Shown here: positions 35,301-44,971 of the stretch, piece by piece
Position numbering within the stretch: position 1 is the first letter of the stretch
Layout: every line of letters starts with the position of its first letter
Source of the DNA: an uncultured candidatus Brocadiaceae bacterium
GTDB lineage: Bacteria; Planctomycetota; UBA11346
Assembly: GCA_964652775.1 (NCBI GenBank)
Contig: CAZZAM010000004.1
Span: 112,947-176,946, forward strand
DNA length: 64,000 nt
Reading direction: 5' to 3'
Program-made: the position numbers and the translations under genes
Notes under the pieces: generated by a model
What the model saw: the letters and a program-made list of their open reading frames with translations, nothing else
Databases searched by the model: none
Told to the model about the DNA's origin: nothing

Positions 35301-35513
35301 TAATCCATTCGTCGCAATCCTGGTGTTGCGGTCACATGGTGTGGCGCATTAACCATGCGTGACAATTGTCCTGTATAATTCCGTCATACGGCCATTTGTT
35401 CTTTGTTGTGGCTTCCTCAATTTGCGGTTGCTTCATTATCATCACTACGTACAGGTAGCATGTTCTCTCGTTTCAAACTTCGCCCATTTAGCACACCTAC
35501 GGAGCGCAGCATA

Positions 35514-37811
35514 ATGATACGTGCTTACACTCGTCATATACAAACCTGGCCGATCAACACGTGGCTACTGATGGTGCTGATGGTCACTGGGGCGGCAGCT
35601 GCCGATGGCGATTGGCTGCGTTGGCGCGGTCCGCAGCAGAATGGGACCAGTGACGAAACCGGTCTGCCATCCACGTGGACGCCGGGCGGTGCCGGCCAAG
35701 TCTGGGAAGTGCCTCTGGCTGGACGCGGCACGCCGGTCATCCGTGGAGAGCGGGTGTACGCCTTCGGGTATCGCGGTGAGGGACAGGATCTCCAGGAAGT
35801 GTTGGCCTGTTTCGATGCTGGAACCGGTAAGGAACTGTGGGCTTATGGCTTCAATGATTTTCTGTCTGACATCATTTACGGCCGTTACGCGATTGGCTCT
35901 CCGGCAATTGATGGTGAGACGGGCAACGTCTATGTGACGTCGGCGGCCGGCATCCTGTCGGCATTCACTGCGGACGGAAAGGTGCTTTGGCAGCATTCGC
36001 TGATGGAGGAACTGGGACGGATGACGTTTCCGAACGGCCGCAACGGCGCGCCCGCCATCCATCGCAATCTGGTCATCATCCACTGCATGACCTCCAACTG
36101 GGGCGCACATGGCCCGGCCCAGGATCGCTTTTATGCGTACGACAAGCGCAGTGGTGCACTGGTGTGGTCATCGTCTCCGGGTGTGCGGCCAAAGGACAAT
36201 TCGTTTTCCTCGCCGGTATTCGGTATCCTGCACAACCGCGAGGTTTTCTATGCCGGCACTGGATGCGGCAACGTGGTCTGCATCAATGCCAACACCGGCG
36301 AACCGATCTGGCGCTTCCCGTTGTCGCAAGGTGGCGTGAATACCTCATTGCTGCTCTCCGGCCCCGAAAGTCTGATCGCTGTCCACGCCAAAGAGAACAT
36401 CGACAGTTCAGATAGTGGTCGCATGGTCTCGCTGCTGGTGAGCCAGACGCCGGCGCAGGCGAAAGACGGCGGCACGTCGATGCTGGAAAAATCAGCCGAG
36501 CAATGGCGCAATAACGAGGCGGTCGCCTATTCCAGCTCTCCGGTCAAGGTTGGTAATCGTGTATATATTACGAGTGAAACCGGCGAATTGTGCGCATTGG
36601 ATGTTGCTGGCGGCCGTCTGCTGTGGCGTGAAAAGCTGGGTATTGAACAGTTGCACTCCTCGTTGGTCTATGGCGATGGCAAACTCTACGTGCCGATCAA
36701 GGACGGCGTATTTGCTATCGTTAAGCCGAACGATGAGCGACCTGAGATCCTGTGCAAAGTGCAAGTCGAAGGCGAGTGCAATGGTGCACCGGCGATCAGT
36801 CATGGTCGGGTATATCTCTTTACGACCAAGAAGCTCTATTGCTTCGGCACCGTGCGAGTTGCACCTGCGTCAGCTCCGGTGGTAGCCTTGCCGATGAGTA
36901 ACGCTGCTGCGGTCAAGCTCATGGCGGTTCCGGCCGAAGTGCTGTTGCGTCCGGGTGAAAAGCTGCCCGTGCAATTACATGGCGTGGATAGCAACGGTAT
37001 TCCGACAACGGCTATGCCAACCGGAGCGGCAACGTGGGCCAGTTTCATTCCTCCGACTGCCAAGGTGAAGAGTCTGTTAGGTGCGATTTTCCCGGATCCA
37101 GCAACCATCCAGGCTAAGCCAGAGTCAATCCCTTCGGCGGGCATGTTCGAGGCAACCGCAGATGGGCTGAAGGGGTACTTGCGCGGACGCGTGCTGCCCG
37201 CCTTGCCCCTGAGTCAGGATTTCGAATCGTTCAAGGTCGAGGTTGATCACGCTACGGAGCAGGGCGTGAAGTTCGCCTATCCGCCGTTGCCGTGGATCGG
37301 TGCCCGCTCGAAGTGGGAAGTGCGTGAAGTCGGTGGCAGCAAGGTTCTCGCCAAGACGCTCGACAATAAAATATTCCAGCGTGCGATGACGTTTGTCGGC
37401 ACGCCCGACATGACCAACTACACGATCGTGGCCGATGTGATGACAGACGGCAATAAACGCCGGATGAGTGAAGTGGGTGTCATCAATCAGCGCTATGTGG
37501 TGATCCTCAAGGGCAACGCGCAGGAGTTGGAAGTGAACTCCAATCTGGAGCGAGTCCGCGCCAGCGTACCGTTCGTGATCAAGCCAAGTGCATGGTATCG
37601 GCTCAAGGCTCGCGTTGATGTGGCAGCTGATGGCAGTGGCGTGGTACGCGTGAAAGCGTGGCCGCGCGCGGATGCGGAACCGGCAGCGTGGACGTTGGAA
37701 GTGCCGCACAGCCATGCCCACACCCATGGTTCACCTGGCCTGTTTGCCTTTACGCCCACCGACATGCGCGTGTACGTTGATCATCTTACCGTTACCTCCA
37801 ACGCTCAGTGA
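35514..37811 (+). CDS. Secreted PQQ-like beta-propeller protein with C-terminal DUF1080-like (concanavalin-like) domain
   Basis: Signal peptide (WPINTWLLMVLMVTGAAAA), WLRWRGPQQNG and PQQ-like blades over ~450 aa. The C-terminal ~230 aa are homologous to the 204-aa secreted protein at 50419 (W.RL...V.V.AW...EP..WT). Confidence 0.7.
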   Translation: MIRAYTRHIQTWPINTWLLMVLMVTGAAAADGDWLRWRGPQQNGTSDETGLPSTWTPGGAGQVWEVPLAGRGTPVIRGERVYAFGYRGEGQDLQEVLACFDAGTGKELWAYGFNDFLSDIIYGRYAIGSPAIDGETGNVYVTSAAGILSAFTADGKVLWQHSLMEELGRMTFPNGRNGAPAIHRNLVIIHCMTSNWGAHGPAQDRFYAYDKRSGALVWSSSPGVRPKDNSFSSPVFGILHNREVFYAGTGCGNVVCINANTGEPIWRFPLSQGGVNTSLLLSGPESLIAVHAKENIDSSDSGRMVSLLVSQTPAQAKDGGTSMLEKSAEQWRNNEAVAYSSSPVKVGNRVYITSETGELCALDVAGGRLLWREKLGIEQLHSSLVYGDGKLYVPIKDGVFAIVKPNDERPEILCKVQVEGECNGAPAISHGRVYLFTTKKLYCFGTVRVAPASAPVVALPMSNAAAVKLMAVPAEVLLRPGEKLPVQLHGVDSNGIPTTAMPTGAATWASFIPPTAKVKSLLGAIFPDPATIQAKPESIPSAGMFEATADGLKGYLRGRVLPALPLSQDFESFKVEVDHATEQGVKFAYPPLPWIGARSKWEVREVGGSKVLAKTLDNKIFQRAMTFVGTPDMTNYTIVADVMTDGNKRRMSEVGVINQRYVVILKGNAQELEVNSNLERVRASVPFVIKPSAWYRLKARVDVAADGSGVVRVKAWPRADAEPAAWTLEVPHSHAHTHGSPGLFAFTPTDMRVYVDHLTVTSNAQ

Positions 37812-37825
37812 ATCGCGGAACCACT

Positions 37826-39379
37826 ATGCACCACTCTCTCTGTCGCCTCGTTGTTGCCTTGGTCATCTGTGCGCCTGCGGCCGTTCATGCCGCTGATTGG
37901 CCGCAATGGGGCGGTACGAATCAACGCAACATGGTGAGCCCCGAGGCCAAGAACGTCCCAGACAGTTTCGCGCCCGGCAAGGCGTTGCCCAATAGCGAAG
38001 AGATTGACCTCGCGACCACCAAGCGTGTCCGCTGGGTCGCGAAGTTGGGTTCGCAGACCTACGGCAATCCGGTGATTGCCAACGGGAAGATCTATATCGG
38101 CACCAACAATGCCTCGCCGCGTGATGCCAAGCACCAGGGTGATCGCGGCATCCTCATGTGTTTGGATGAACAAACCGGCAAGCTGCAATGGCAGTTGGTC
38201 GTTCCCAAGCTGGAGAGTGGCAAGGTGAATGACTGGGAATATCTGGGAATAACCGCCTCACCGACGGTCGATGGCGATAAGGTCTATGTGGTCAGTAATC
38301 GCTGCGAGGTCTTGTGCCTTGACGTCAAGGGCCTGAGCGACGGCAACCAGGGTTATCAGGATGAAGCCAAGTATTTCGCCGGAGTTGCCAACCCACCGAA
38401 TCCGCCGGTGACGCCGGGCCCACTCGACGCTGATATTCTCTGGCGCTACGACATGATGGAGGAGCTAGGCGTATTCCCACATAATGCGAGCAACTGCTCA
38501 GTCCTGATCATCGGTGATCTGCTGTATGTTGGCACCTCGAACGGACAGGATTGGACGCACGTCAATGTCCCATCGCCCAAAGCGCCCAGTTTCGTTGCGT
38601 TGAACAAGAACACCGGGGCATTTGTTGCCGAGGATGAGTGTGGCATCGGTCCGCGCATTTTTCACGGTCAGTGGTCCTCGCCGTCATCCAGTCCCGTGAA
38701 CGGGAAGCAGCAGATCTTCTTTGGTGGTGGTGATGGCGTTTGCTACGGGTTGGATCCGACGCCGACTCCGGATGGTGACACCTCGCGACTCCGCACGATC
38801 TGGTCCTACGACTGCAATCCGCCCGATCGCAAGGTGCGCCATGGCAAGCCGATCCGGTATCCGGCCTCGGATGGCCCCAGCGAAATCATCGCCACGCCGA
38901 TTCTCTACAAGAACCGCGTCTATGTCGCCGTTGGTCAAGATCCCGAGCACGGTGAGGGCATAGGAATCCTGCAATGCATCGACGCGACTAAGACCGGAGA
39001 CGTGACCGCCAGTGCGCGGATCTGGTCGTATGACCGCATCCAACGCAGTATTTCCACCGTCGCTATTGCTGATGGTTTGCTGTACATCGGTGACTTCTCT
39101 GGCTTCTTCTATTGTCTCGACGCCGAAACCGGAGCGGAGGTATGGAAGCATAACCTGGAGGCGCACATCTGGGGTTCGGCTTACGTCGCTGATGGCAAGG
39201 TGTTCATCGGTGATGAGAGTGGCCACCTCACCATCTTCGCTGCGCAGCGTGACAAGAAGGTCATCAATCGCATCGACCTTGGCTCACCGGTGTACGCCAC
39301 GCCGGTGTTCGCCAACGGCACGCTCTACGTCGCTTGTCAGACGCAACTCTACGCAGTGCAGGCCGGAGACGGCAAATGA
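37826..39379 (+). CDS. Secreted PQQ-like beta-propeller repeat protein
   Basis: Signal peptide (LVVALVICAPAAVHA), WPQWGG, and repeated GKIYIGT / DKVYVVSN / DLLYVGTSNG / NRVYVAVG / GLLYIGDFSG / GKVFIGDESG / GTLYVACQ blades. Confidence 0.75.
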   Translation: MHHSLCRLVVALVICAPAAVHAADWPQWGGTNQRNMVSPEAKNVPDSFAPGKALPNSEEIDLATTKRVRWVAKLGSQTYGNPVIANGKIYIGTNNASPRDAKHQGDRGILMCLDEQTGKLQWQLVVPKLESGKVNDWEYLGITASPTVDGDKVYVVSNRCEVLCLDVKGLSDGNQGYQDEAKYFAGVANPPNPPVTPGPLDADILWRYDMMEELGVFPHNASNCSVLIIGDLLYVGTSNGQDWTHVNVPSPKAPSFVALNKNTGAFVAEDECGIGPRIFHGQWSSPSSSPVNGKQQIFFGGGDGVCYGLDPTPTPDGDTSRLRTIWSYDCNPPDRKVRHGKPIRYPASDGPSEIIATPILYKNRVYVAVGQDPEHGEGIGILQCIDATKTGDVTASARIWSYDRIQRSISTVAIADGLLYIGDFSGFFYCLDAETGAEVWKHNLEAHIWGSAYVADGKVFIGDESGHLTIFAAQRDKKVINRIDLGSPVYATPVFANGTLYVACQTQLYAVQAGDGK

Positions 39380-39588
39380 AGTGGGTGATCGCGTGCTGGT
39401 TGGTGCTGCTCATCGCCTTGCATCAAGATTTCTGGCTATGGACCGACCGAACCTTGCTGTGGGGCGTGTTGCCCATCGGTCTGGCGTACCACGTTGGCTA
39501 CGCGGTGGTTGCTGCGCTGACTATGGCGTTGCTGGTCCGCTATGCTTGGCCGAAGGGAGTTGATGATCAACCGGAGTCGAAATCGTGA
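39376..39588 (+). CDS. DUF3311-like small membrane protein (symporter-associated)
   Basis: 70 aa, two TM helices (MKWVIACWLVLLIALHQDFWLW...). It sits directly upstream of a sodium:solute symporter and overlaps it, the typical genomic context of DUF3311. ATGA overlap with the previous gene. Confidence 0.6.
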   Translation: MKWVIACWLVLLIALHQDFWLWTDRTLLWGVLPIGLAYHVGYAVVAALTMALLVRYAWPKGVDDQPESKS

Positions 39589-41228
39589 TTCCTGCTATCT
39601 GTATTTTCGTTTATTTGGCCCTGGTGTTGTGGATCGGAATTTTTGCCTTCCGCCGCAGCACGGGCTCGGGCGAGGATTTCTTCCTCGCCAATCGTTCGCT
39701 TGGTCCATGGGTCTTCCTGTTGTCGCTCTTCGGCACGAACATGACGGCATTCGCTATCCTCGGCAGTTCAGGGATGTCCTATCAGCGCGGGATAGGCGTC
39801 TTTGGATTGATGGCCTCGTCGTCGGCGATCATCATTCCGCTGACTATTTTCTTCATCGGCACCCGCCTGTGGTCGTTAGGCAAGCGTTTTGGTCACATGA
39901 CGCAGGTGCAATACTTTCGTGATCGTTGGTCGAGTCCCGCGCTGGGAACGCTGATATTTGCGCTCACGGCGACGATGCTGGTGCCCTACATCATCATTGG
40001 CGTGATGGGTGGCGGCGAGGTGATGGAATCATTGACCACGATCACCGGACCTGATGGCAAGCCGATCCTGTTTGATGTGTTAGTGGACGGCAAGACCGTC
40101 CAAGAGCAGCACCATTGGATCTCGTATGAGTTCGGTGGCGCGTTGGTCGCGTTAGTGGTCATGAGCTACGTCTTCTTTGGCGGCATGCGCGGAACGGCTT
40201 GGGTCAATGCATTCCAGGTCGTTCTCTTTCTCAGCTTTGGTGGCGTCGCCGTGGTCTTGATCAGCAACGCACTCGGTGGTTTCGATCAGATGATGGCGCA
40301 GATTACGTCGAGTAAGAGCTTGGGCTCTCTCCTGTCGCGTGAACGCATCAGTCAGCAGGAGTTCTTCAGCTACATGTTTATTCCGCTCTCGGCGATTATG
40401 TTTCCGCACATGGCGATCATGTGCATGACCGCTGAGAAAGTGGGACACTTCCGCAAAACGGTGGTGTTCTATCCGCTCTGTATTGCTGCCATTTGGCTGC
40501 CCTGCGTCTATCTCGGTGTGGTCTCGACCCAGGTGTTTCCGGGCCTCGCTGCCGGCGATAGCAACGATGTGATTCCACGCCTCCTCACCGAGTACACCAA
40601 TCTGTGGGTGGCCGGAATTCTTGGCGCCGGTGTGATGGCTTGCGTCATGGCCTCGGACAGCCAGATCATGGCCCTCAGCACCATGTTCACCCAAGACATC
40701 TACAAACACTACGGCGGTCGCGAACGCTTCGGAGAACGCTCGGAGGTGTGGGTTGGCCGTGCGTTCATCATCGGCATCTGCGTGATCAGCTACCTCATCG
40801 CCATCGCTCTGCACAAGCAGGAGGGCATTTTTGAGTTGGCCATTCGCTTTGCCTTCTCGGGTTACGCCGCACTCGCGCCGATCATGCTGGCGGCGATGTT
40901 CTGGCGGCGCTCAACCGCGGCCGGGGCGTGGGCAGCCGTGGTGTGGGTGGCGGTGGCAATGATTGCGTGCTGGTGGCTCCATGACTTTAGCAGTGAAATG
41001 GCAAAGACGCTGAAACCTGGCGCAACGGCGCAGATATTCCCAGCTCTCGGAGATCTGTTCCTGCGCAGCAAGGGTGGAGTCACCGTCTATGGCTACCTCC
41101 CAGTGATGCCGATGGTGCTGATCTCGGCCGCGCTGGTCGTCATCGTTTCATGGTGTACGCGACCACCAGCTCAGGCCGTCATTGCCAAGTATTTCCCCGC
41201 TAAGAACGATGGATCGACTACCCCATGA
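39585..41228 (+). CDS. Sodium:solute symporter (SSS) family transporter
   Basis: ~13 TM helices; N-terminal FFLANRSLGPWVFLLSLFGTNMTAFAILGSSGMSYQRGIG matches the SSS signature (putP/actP-like). Confidence 0.85.
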   Translation: MIPAICIFVYLALVLWIGIFAFRRSTGSGEDFFLANRSLGPWVFLLSLFGTNMTAFAILGSSGMSYQRGIGVFGLMASSSAIIIPLTIFFIGTRLWSLGKRFGHMTQVQYFRDRWSSPALGTLIFALTATMLVPYIIIGVMGGGEVMESLTTITGPDGKPILFDVLVDGKTVQEQHHWISYEFGGALVALVVMSYVFFGGMRGTAWVNAFQVVLFLSFGGVAVVLISNALGGFDQMMAQITSSKSLGSLLSRERISQQEFFSYMFIPLSAIMFPHMAIMCMTAEKVGHFRKTVVFYPLCIAAIWLPCVYLGVVSTQVFPGLAAGDSNDVIPRLLTEYTNLWVAGILGAGVMACVMASDSQIMALSTMFTQDIYKHYGGRERFGERSEVWVGRAFIIGICVISYLIAIALHKQEGIFELAIRFAFSGYAALAPIMLAAMFWRRSTAAGAWAAVVWVAVAMIACWWLHDFSSEMAKTLKPGATAQIFPALGDLFLRSKGGVTVYGYLPVMPMVLISAALVVIVSWCTRPPAQAVIAKYFPAKNDGSTTP

Positions 41229-42346
41229 AAACATCTTCCAAGAGTTCTGACGCCAAAGCCGGATTCGCGCTCGCCAATTCGAGCCAGATTGCTGCGGCGC
41301 GACATGCACTCGACGCTCAGGTGCGTTTTGTCGTGAAATGGCATTTTTCCAAAGCGACCGGCTCGCCATTCTGGATCGACTGGGCGCGCAAGGCTGGATG
41401 GGATCCAGCGAATGAGGTGAAGGGGGTCGCCGATCTGCTGCGCTTCCCGAACTTCAATGACGAATGGCTGCGCGACGAGCAGCCTGCGTGTTGGGTGCCC
41501 AAGGCCTACGCCGGTAAGCCGTTCATGATTTTTGAAACTGGCGGCACGACCGGCATGCCGAAGCAGCGCGTGAGTTGGACCGACCATAATACCGATTACA
41601 CGGAGTTTTCCGATACGCTGGATGACAAGTTCTTTCCCCGTGGCGCTGACTGGCTGATGGCTGGTCCGACCGGTCCGCGTCGTTTGCGCTTGGCAATCGA
41701 ACATCTCGCCAACGTGCGCGGTGGTTCCTGCTATCATCTCGATCTCGATCCGCGTTGGGTGAAGCGCTGCATCAGCAAGGGCGATTACGCCCAGGCCGAG
41801 GCGTACAAAGAACACGTCGTCGATCAGGCGATCACCATTCTGCGCCATCGTCGCAACATCAACTGTCTGTTCACCACGCCGAAAATTCTCGAGGCGATGG
41901 CCGAACGCACCTCGTTGGTTGGCCTTGGCATCAAGGGCGTGTTCTGCGGTGGTACCTCGATGACACCCCAAGTGGTTCGCTTCCTGGCCGAAGAAGTGCT
42001 GGAAGGCAAGGCGCAGTTCGTCCCGACCTACGGCAATACGCTGATGGGTCTGGCCTGCAGCCGACCACTCTCGGCCAAAGATGGTTGGAGCGTCACCTAT
42101 CACGCTCCGCAACCGCGTGCGTTATTGCGTGTAGTCGATCCGCAGGACTCGACCAAGGACGTTGCCTATGGCGCATGGGGACGGGTGGAGTTGACCACGC
42201 TGACCAAAGAGTTTTTTATGCCGCGTTTGCTGGAGCGTGACGAGGCCATGCGGCGCGAACCGATTGTCCGTTTCCCCTGGGACGGGGTTGCAGATGTTAG
42301 ACCATTCGGTGCGCAGAGCGGGAAGATCATCGAAGGCGTCTATTAA
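41225..42346 (+). CDS. Adenylate-forming enzyme, LuxE acyl-protein synthetase / short PaaK-like family
   Basis: 373 aa (LuxE-sized); P-loop-like ETGGTTGMPKQRV and a later GVFCGGTSMT motif. Assignment to LuxE is supported mainly by the adjacent LuxC-like reductase; a search is needed to separate LuxE from a short PaaK-like ligase. Confidence 0.6.
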   Translation: MKTSSKSSDAKAGFALANSSQIAAARHALDAQVRFVVKWHFSKATGSPFWIDWARKAGWDPANEVKGVADLLRFPNFNDEWLRDEQPACWVPKAYAGKPFMIFETGGTTGMPKQRVSWTDHNTDYTEFSDTLDDKFFPRGADWLMAGPTGPRRLRLAIEHLANVRGGSCYHLDLDPRWVKRCISKGDYAQAEAYKEHVVDQAITILRHRRNINCLFTTPKILEAMAERTSLVGLGIKGVFCGGTSMTPQVVRFLAEEVLEGKAQFVPTYGNTLMGLACSRPLSAKDGWSVTYHAPQPRALLRVVDPQDSTKDVAYGAWGRVELTTLTKEFFMPRLLERDEAMRREPIVRFPWDGVADVRPFGAQSGKIIEGVY

Positions 42347-42353
42347 GGCCACC

Positions 42354-43769
42354 ATGACCAGTACCATCCACATTCCAGCACTGCGCTTCGGACAGATCTA
42401 TCGCAGCATGGACACAATGACAACCGCCGGAGCGGAAGTTAGTCAAGTGAATAGCGGATTGTTGCGTCGTGATCTGTTAGGAGTTGAAGCGGCCGCTGCG
42501 TCCTTGCGCGACATCCCGATGGTACGCCTGTTTGCTATCTGTGCTGAATCTGGTCGACGGTTTCTTGATGGTGATTTGCCAGTTGGTGACCTGGGACAAA
42601 CGCAATCGGCTGAGGACTATGTGCGTCAGTGTTCAGCCAGCACCGGTCTGCCGCTTGCGTTGGTGCGCAACAACATGGGAAAAATCGCCCACGTGTTGAC
42701 CCACATGCCTGAGATCCTACGCGGACTAACGCGTGGTCTTGATCCGGCGGTGATTGATGCTGGTTTGGGTGAGCAGGCTGGCGTTCCGGTGAGCTACTTT
42801 CCGACCACCAATGTGCTTGGTGTGGTTCTACCCTCCAACTCGCCAGGTGTGAATTCGCTGTGGATTCCTGCGTTGGCATTGAAGATTCCCGTCGTGCTCA
42901 AGCCTGGTCGCGACGATCCGTGGACACCGTGGCGCATCATCCAGGCGCTGACCGCTGCGGGCTGTCCGCGTCAGGCGTTTGGTTTTTACCCGACCGGTCA
43001 CGACGGTGCCCACGCGCTGCTTGCCAGTTGCGGTCGTTCATTGTTGTTTGGTGACGCAGCGATTGCCAAGCGCTACACCGGCGATCCACGGGTTGAAGTC
43101 CATGGGCCTGGTTACAGTAAGGTGTTGATCGGTGAAGATCGCATCGACTCATGGCGTGAGTTTATTCCCATCCTGGCTGATTCAGTGGCGGCAAATGGCG
43201 GACGCAGTTGCGTTAACGCCTCGTGCATCGTGGTGCCACGGTATGGCCGCGAGATTGCCGCTGCTCTTGCTGAACGCTTGGCCACTGTCGTTCCGCGTAA
43301 TGCAGACGATCCTACGGCCACGCTTGCCGGATTTGCCAATGCTGCTGTCGCTGAGTCGATCTCGGCGGCGATTGATGCTGGGCTGGCCGAGCCAGGTGCC
43401 GACGATTGTAGCGCCCGTATTCGTGGCACACCGCGTCTGGTGCAGCACCAAGGCCGCAGCTTCTTGAATCCGACCGTCGTGCGCTGCGATAGTTTCGCGC
43501 ATCCGCTGAGTAACCGTGAATTCCTATTTCCATACGCCAGTGTCGTTGAAGTGCCGCAGCGCGACATGCTTAAACGGATTGGTCAATCGCTCGTGGTCAG
43601 CGCCATCACCAACGATCCATCATGGAAGCGCGAGTTGTTGGCATCGAAACTCATTCATCGTCTGAATCTCGGTGCGATGCCGACTTGTCACGTGCAATGG
43701 GATCAGCCGCACGAAGGCAACCTCTTTGAATCGCTCTATTGTCGCCGCGCAGTTCAGGTTGTGGGCTAG
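42354..43769 (+). CDS. Aldehyde-dehydrogenase-superfamily acyl-CoA reductase (LuxC-like)
   Basis: VVLPSNSPGVNSLWIPALALKIPVVLKPG (ALDH NAD-binding region, LuxC-like spacing) and GGRSCVNASCIVV (catalytic Cys region). 471 aa from the internal ATG. Confidence 0.6.
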   Translation: MTSTIHIPALRFGQIYRSMDTMTTAGAEVSQVNSGLLRRDLLGVEAAAASLRDIPMVRLFAICAESGRRFLDGDLPVGDLGQTQSAEDYVRQCSASTGLPLALVRNNMGKIAHVLTHMPEILRGLTRGLDPAVIDAGLGEQAGVPVSYFPTTNVLGVVLPSNSPGVNSLWIPALALKIPVVLKPGRDDPWTPWRIIQALTAAGCPRQAFGFYPTGHDGAHALLASCGRSLLFGDAAIAKRYTGDPRVEVHGPGYSKVLIGEDRIDSWREFIPILADSVAANGGRSCVNASCIVVPRYGREIAAALAERLATVVPRNADDPTATLAGFANAAVAESISAAIDAGLAEPGADDCSARIRGTPRLVQHQGRSFLNPTVVRCDSFAHPLSNREFLFPYASVVEVPQRDMLKRIGQSLVVSAITNDPSWKRELLASKLIHRLNLGAMPTCHVQWDQPHEGNLFESLYCRRAVQVVG

Positions 43770-43771
43770 CA

Positions 43772-44971
43772 ATGAGCGCGAGTCCGACCATCGCTATTGA
43801 TTTTGCAGCTCGGCCTCGCCTCGTAGTCGGTGCTGGCGTGCTTGCGTGCATCGGCGATCTGGTGGTTGAACTCGGTGGAACGCGTGTGTTGCTGGTCACT
43901 GACCCCGGCATCGTTGCTGCTGGTCATGCTGAGCGAGCCTGTGGATTCCTCCGCAACGCTGGTCTCGTTGTCACCGTCCACGATCAGGTGCGGGCGAATC
44001 CCGGCACCGTCGATGTCGATGCGTGTCTCGCCGTCGCGCGTACATTCAAGCCCGATATTATCGTCGGCCTTGGTGGCGGCAGTGCTATGGATACTGCTAA
44101 GGGCTGCAATCTGCTGCTGACAAATGGCGGCAAGATGGTCGATTACTGGCACACTGGCGCAGCGAAAAAACCGTTGCTGCCGTTTATTGCCGTGCCGACT
44201 ACCGCCGGAACCGGCAGCGAATGTCAGTCGTTCGCATTAATAGTCGATGAGGGGACGCATCGTAAGATGGCGTGTGGCGATGCCAAAGCGTTGGCGCGCG
44301 TGGCGCTCCTTGACCCTGAATTGACGGCGTCGCTACCGCGCACGGTTGCCGCGCTTACAGGACTTGATGCATTGGTGCACGCAGTCGAGACCTTGGTGAC
44401 GACGCGTCGTACGCCGGTGTCGCACCTCTTTGCGCGTGAAGCGTTTGTGCTCATTCACGAACATCTTCCACGCGTGTTGAGCGGTGCGCCGGATCTCGCA
44501 GTGCGCCAGGCCATGCTGCTGGGCGCCGCGTATGCCGGACTTGCGATTGAAAACAGCATGCTCGGTGCTGCGCACGCCTGTGCGAATCCGCTGACCGCGC
44601 ACCACGGCATCGTGCATGGCCAAGCGGTGGCGATGATGTTACCGGCGGTCATGCGGTGGAATGCCCAGGATCCCGCGACCGCGAAGCTCTATGCTGAGCT
44701 GGCAACTCACGCGGGTCTGACTTTGTCGTCGGCTGATCAATCGGTTGCCGTCGCGGCCTTGCAGAGACGCGTTGCAGAACTGATTCGACTCGCCGGACTG
44801 CCGGTCGGACTTGCCGCCTGTGGTGTAAGCGCGGCCGATCTGCCCAAGCTGGCCAGCGATGCGGCAACCCAGTGGACTGGTCGTTACAATCCGCGTCCAC
44901 TGCACGGTGATGACATCCTCAACCTATATCGTGCGGCGTTGGTCGCTGAGGAGGCCCGCCATGACCACTGA
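43772..44971 (+). CDS. Iron-containing (group III) alcohol dehydrogenase
   Basis: GGGSAMDTAKG, VPTTAGTGSE and the His-rich metal site region (HAVETLV...H) are typical of Fe-ADH/DHQ-like enzymes. Confidence 0.85.
   Translation: MSASPTIAIDFAARPRLVVGAGVLACIGDLVVELGGTRVLLVTDPGIVAAGHAERACGFLRNAGLVVTVHDQVRANPGTVDVDACLAVARTFKPDIIVGLGGGSAMDTAKGCNLLLTNGGKMVDYWHTGAAKKPLLPFIAVPTTAGTGSECQSFALIVDEGTHRKMACGDAKALARVALLDPELTASLPRTVAALTGLDALVHAVETLVTTRRTPVSHLFAREAFVLIHEHLPRVLSGAPDLAVRQAMLLGAAYAGLAIENSMLGAAHACANPLTAHHGIVHGQAVAMMLPAVMRWNAQDPATAKLYAELATHAGLTLSSADQSVAVAALQRRVAELIRLAGLPVGLAACGVSAADLPKLASDAATQWTGRYNPRPLHGDDILNLYRAALVAEEARHDH

Noticed and set aside
41171-42112. 313-aa minus-strand ORF antisense to the LuxE-like gene
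   Set aside because: No motifs. It overlaps a sense gene that has adenylation P-loop motifs and translational coupling to its neighbours.
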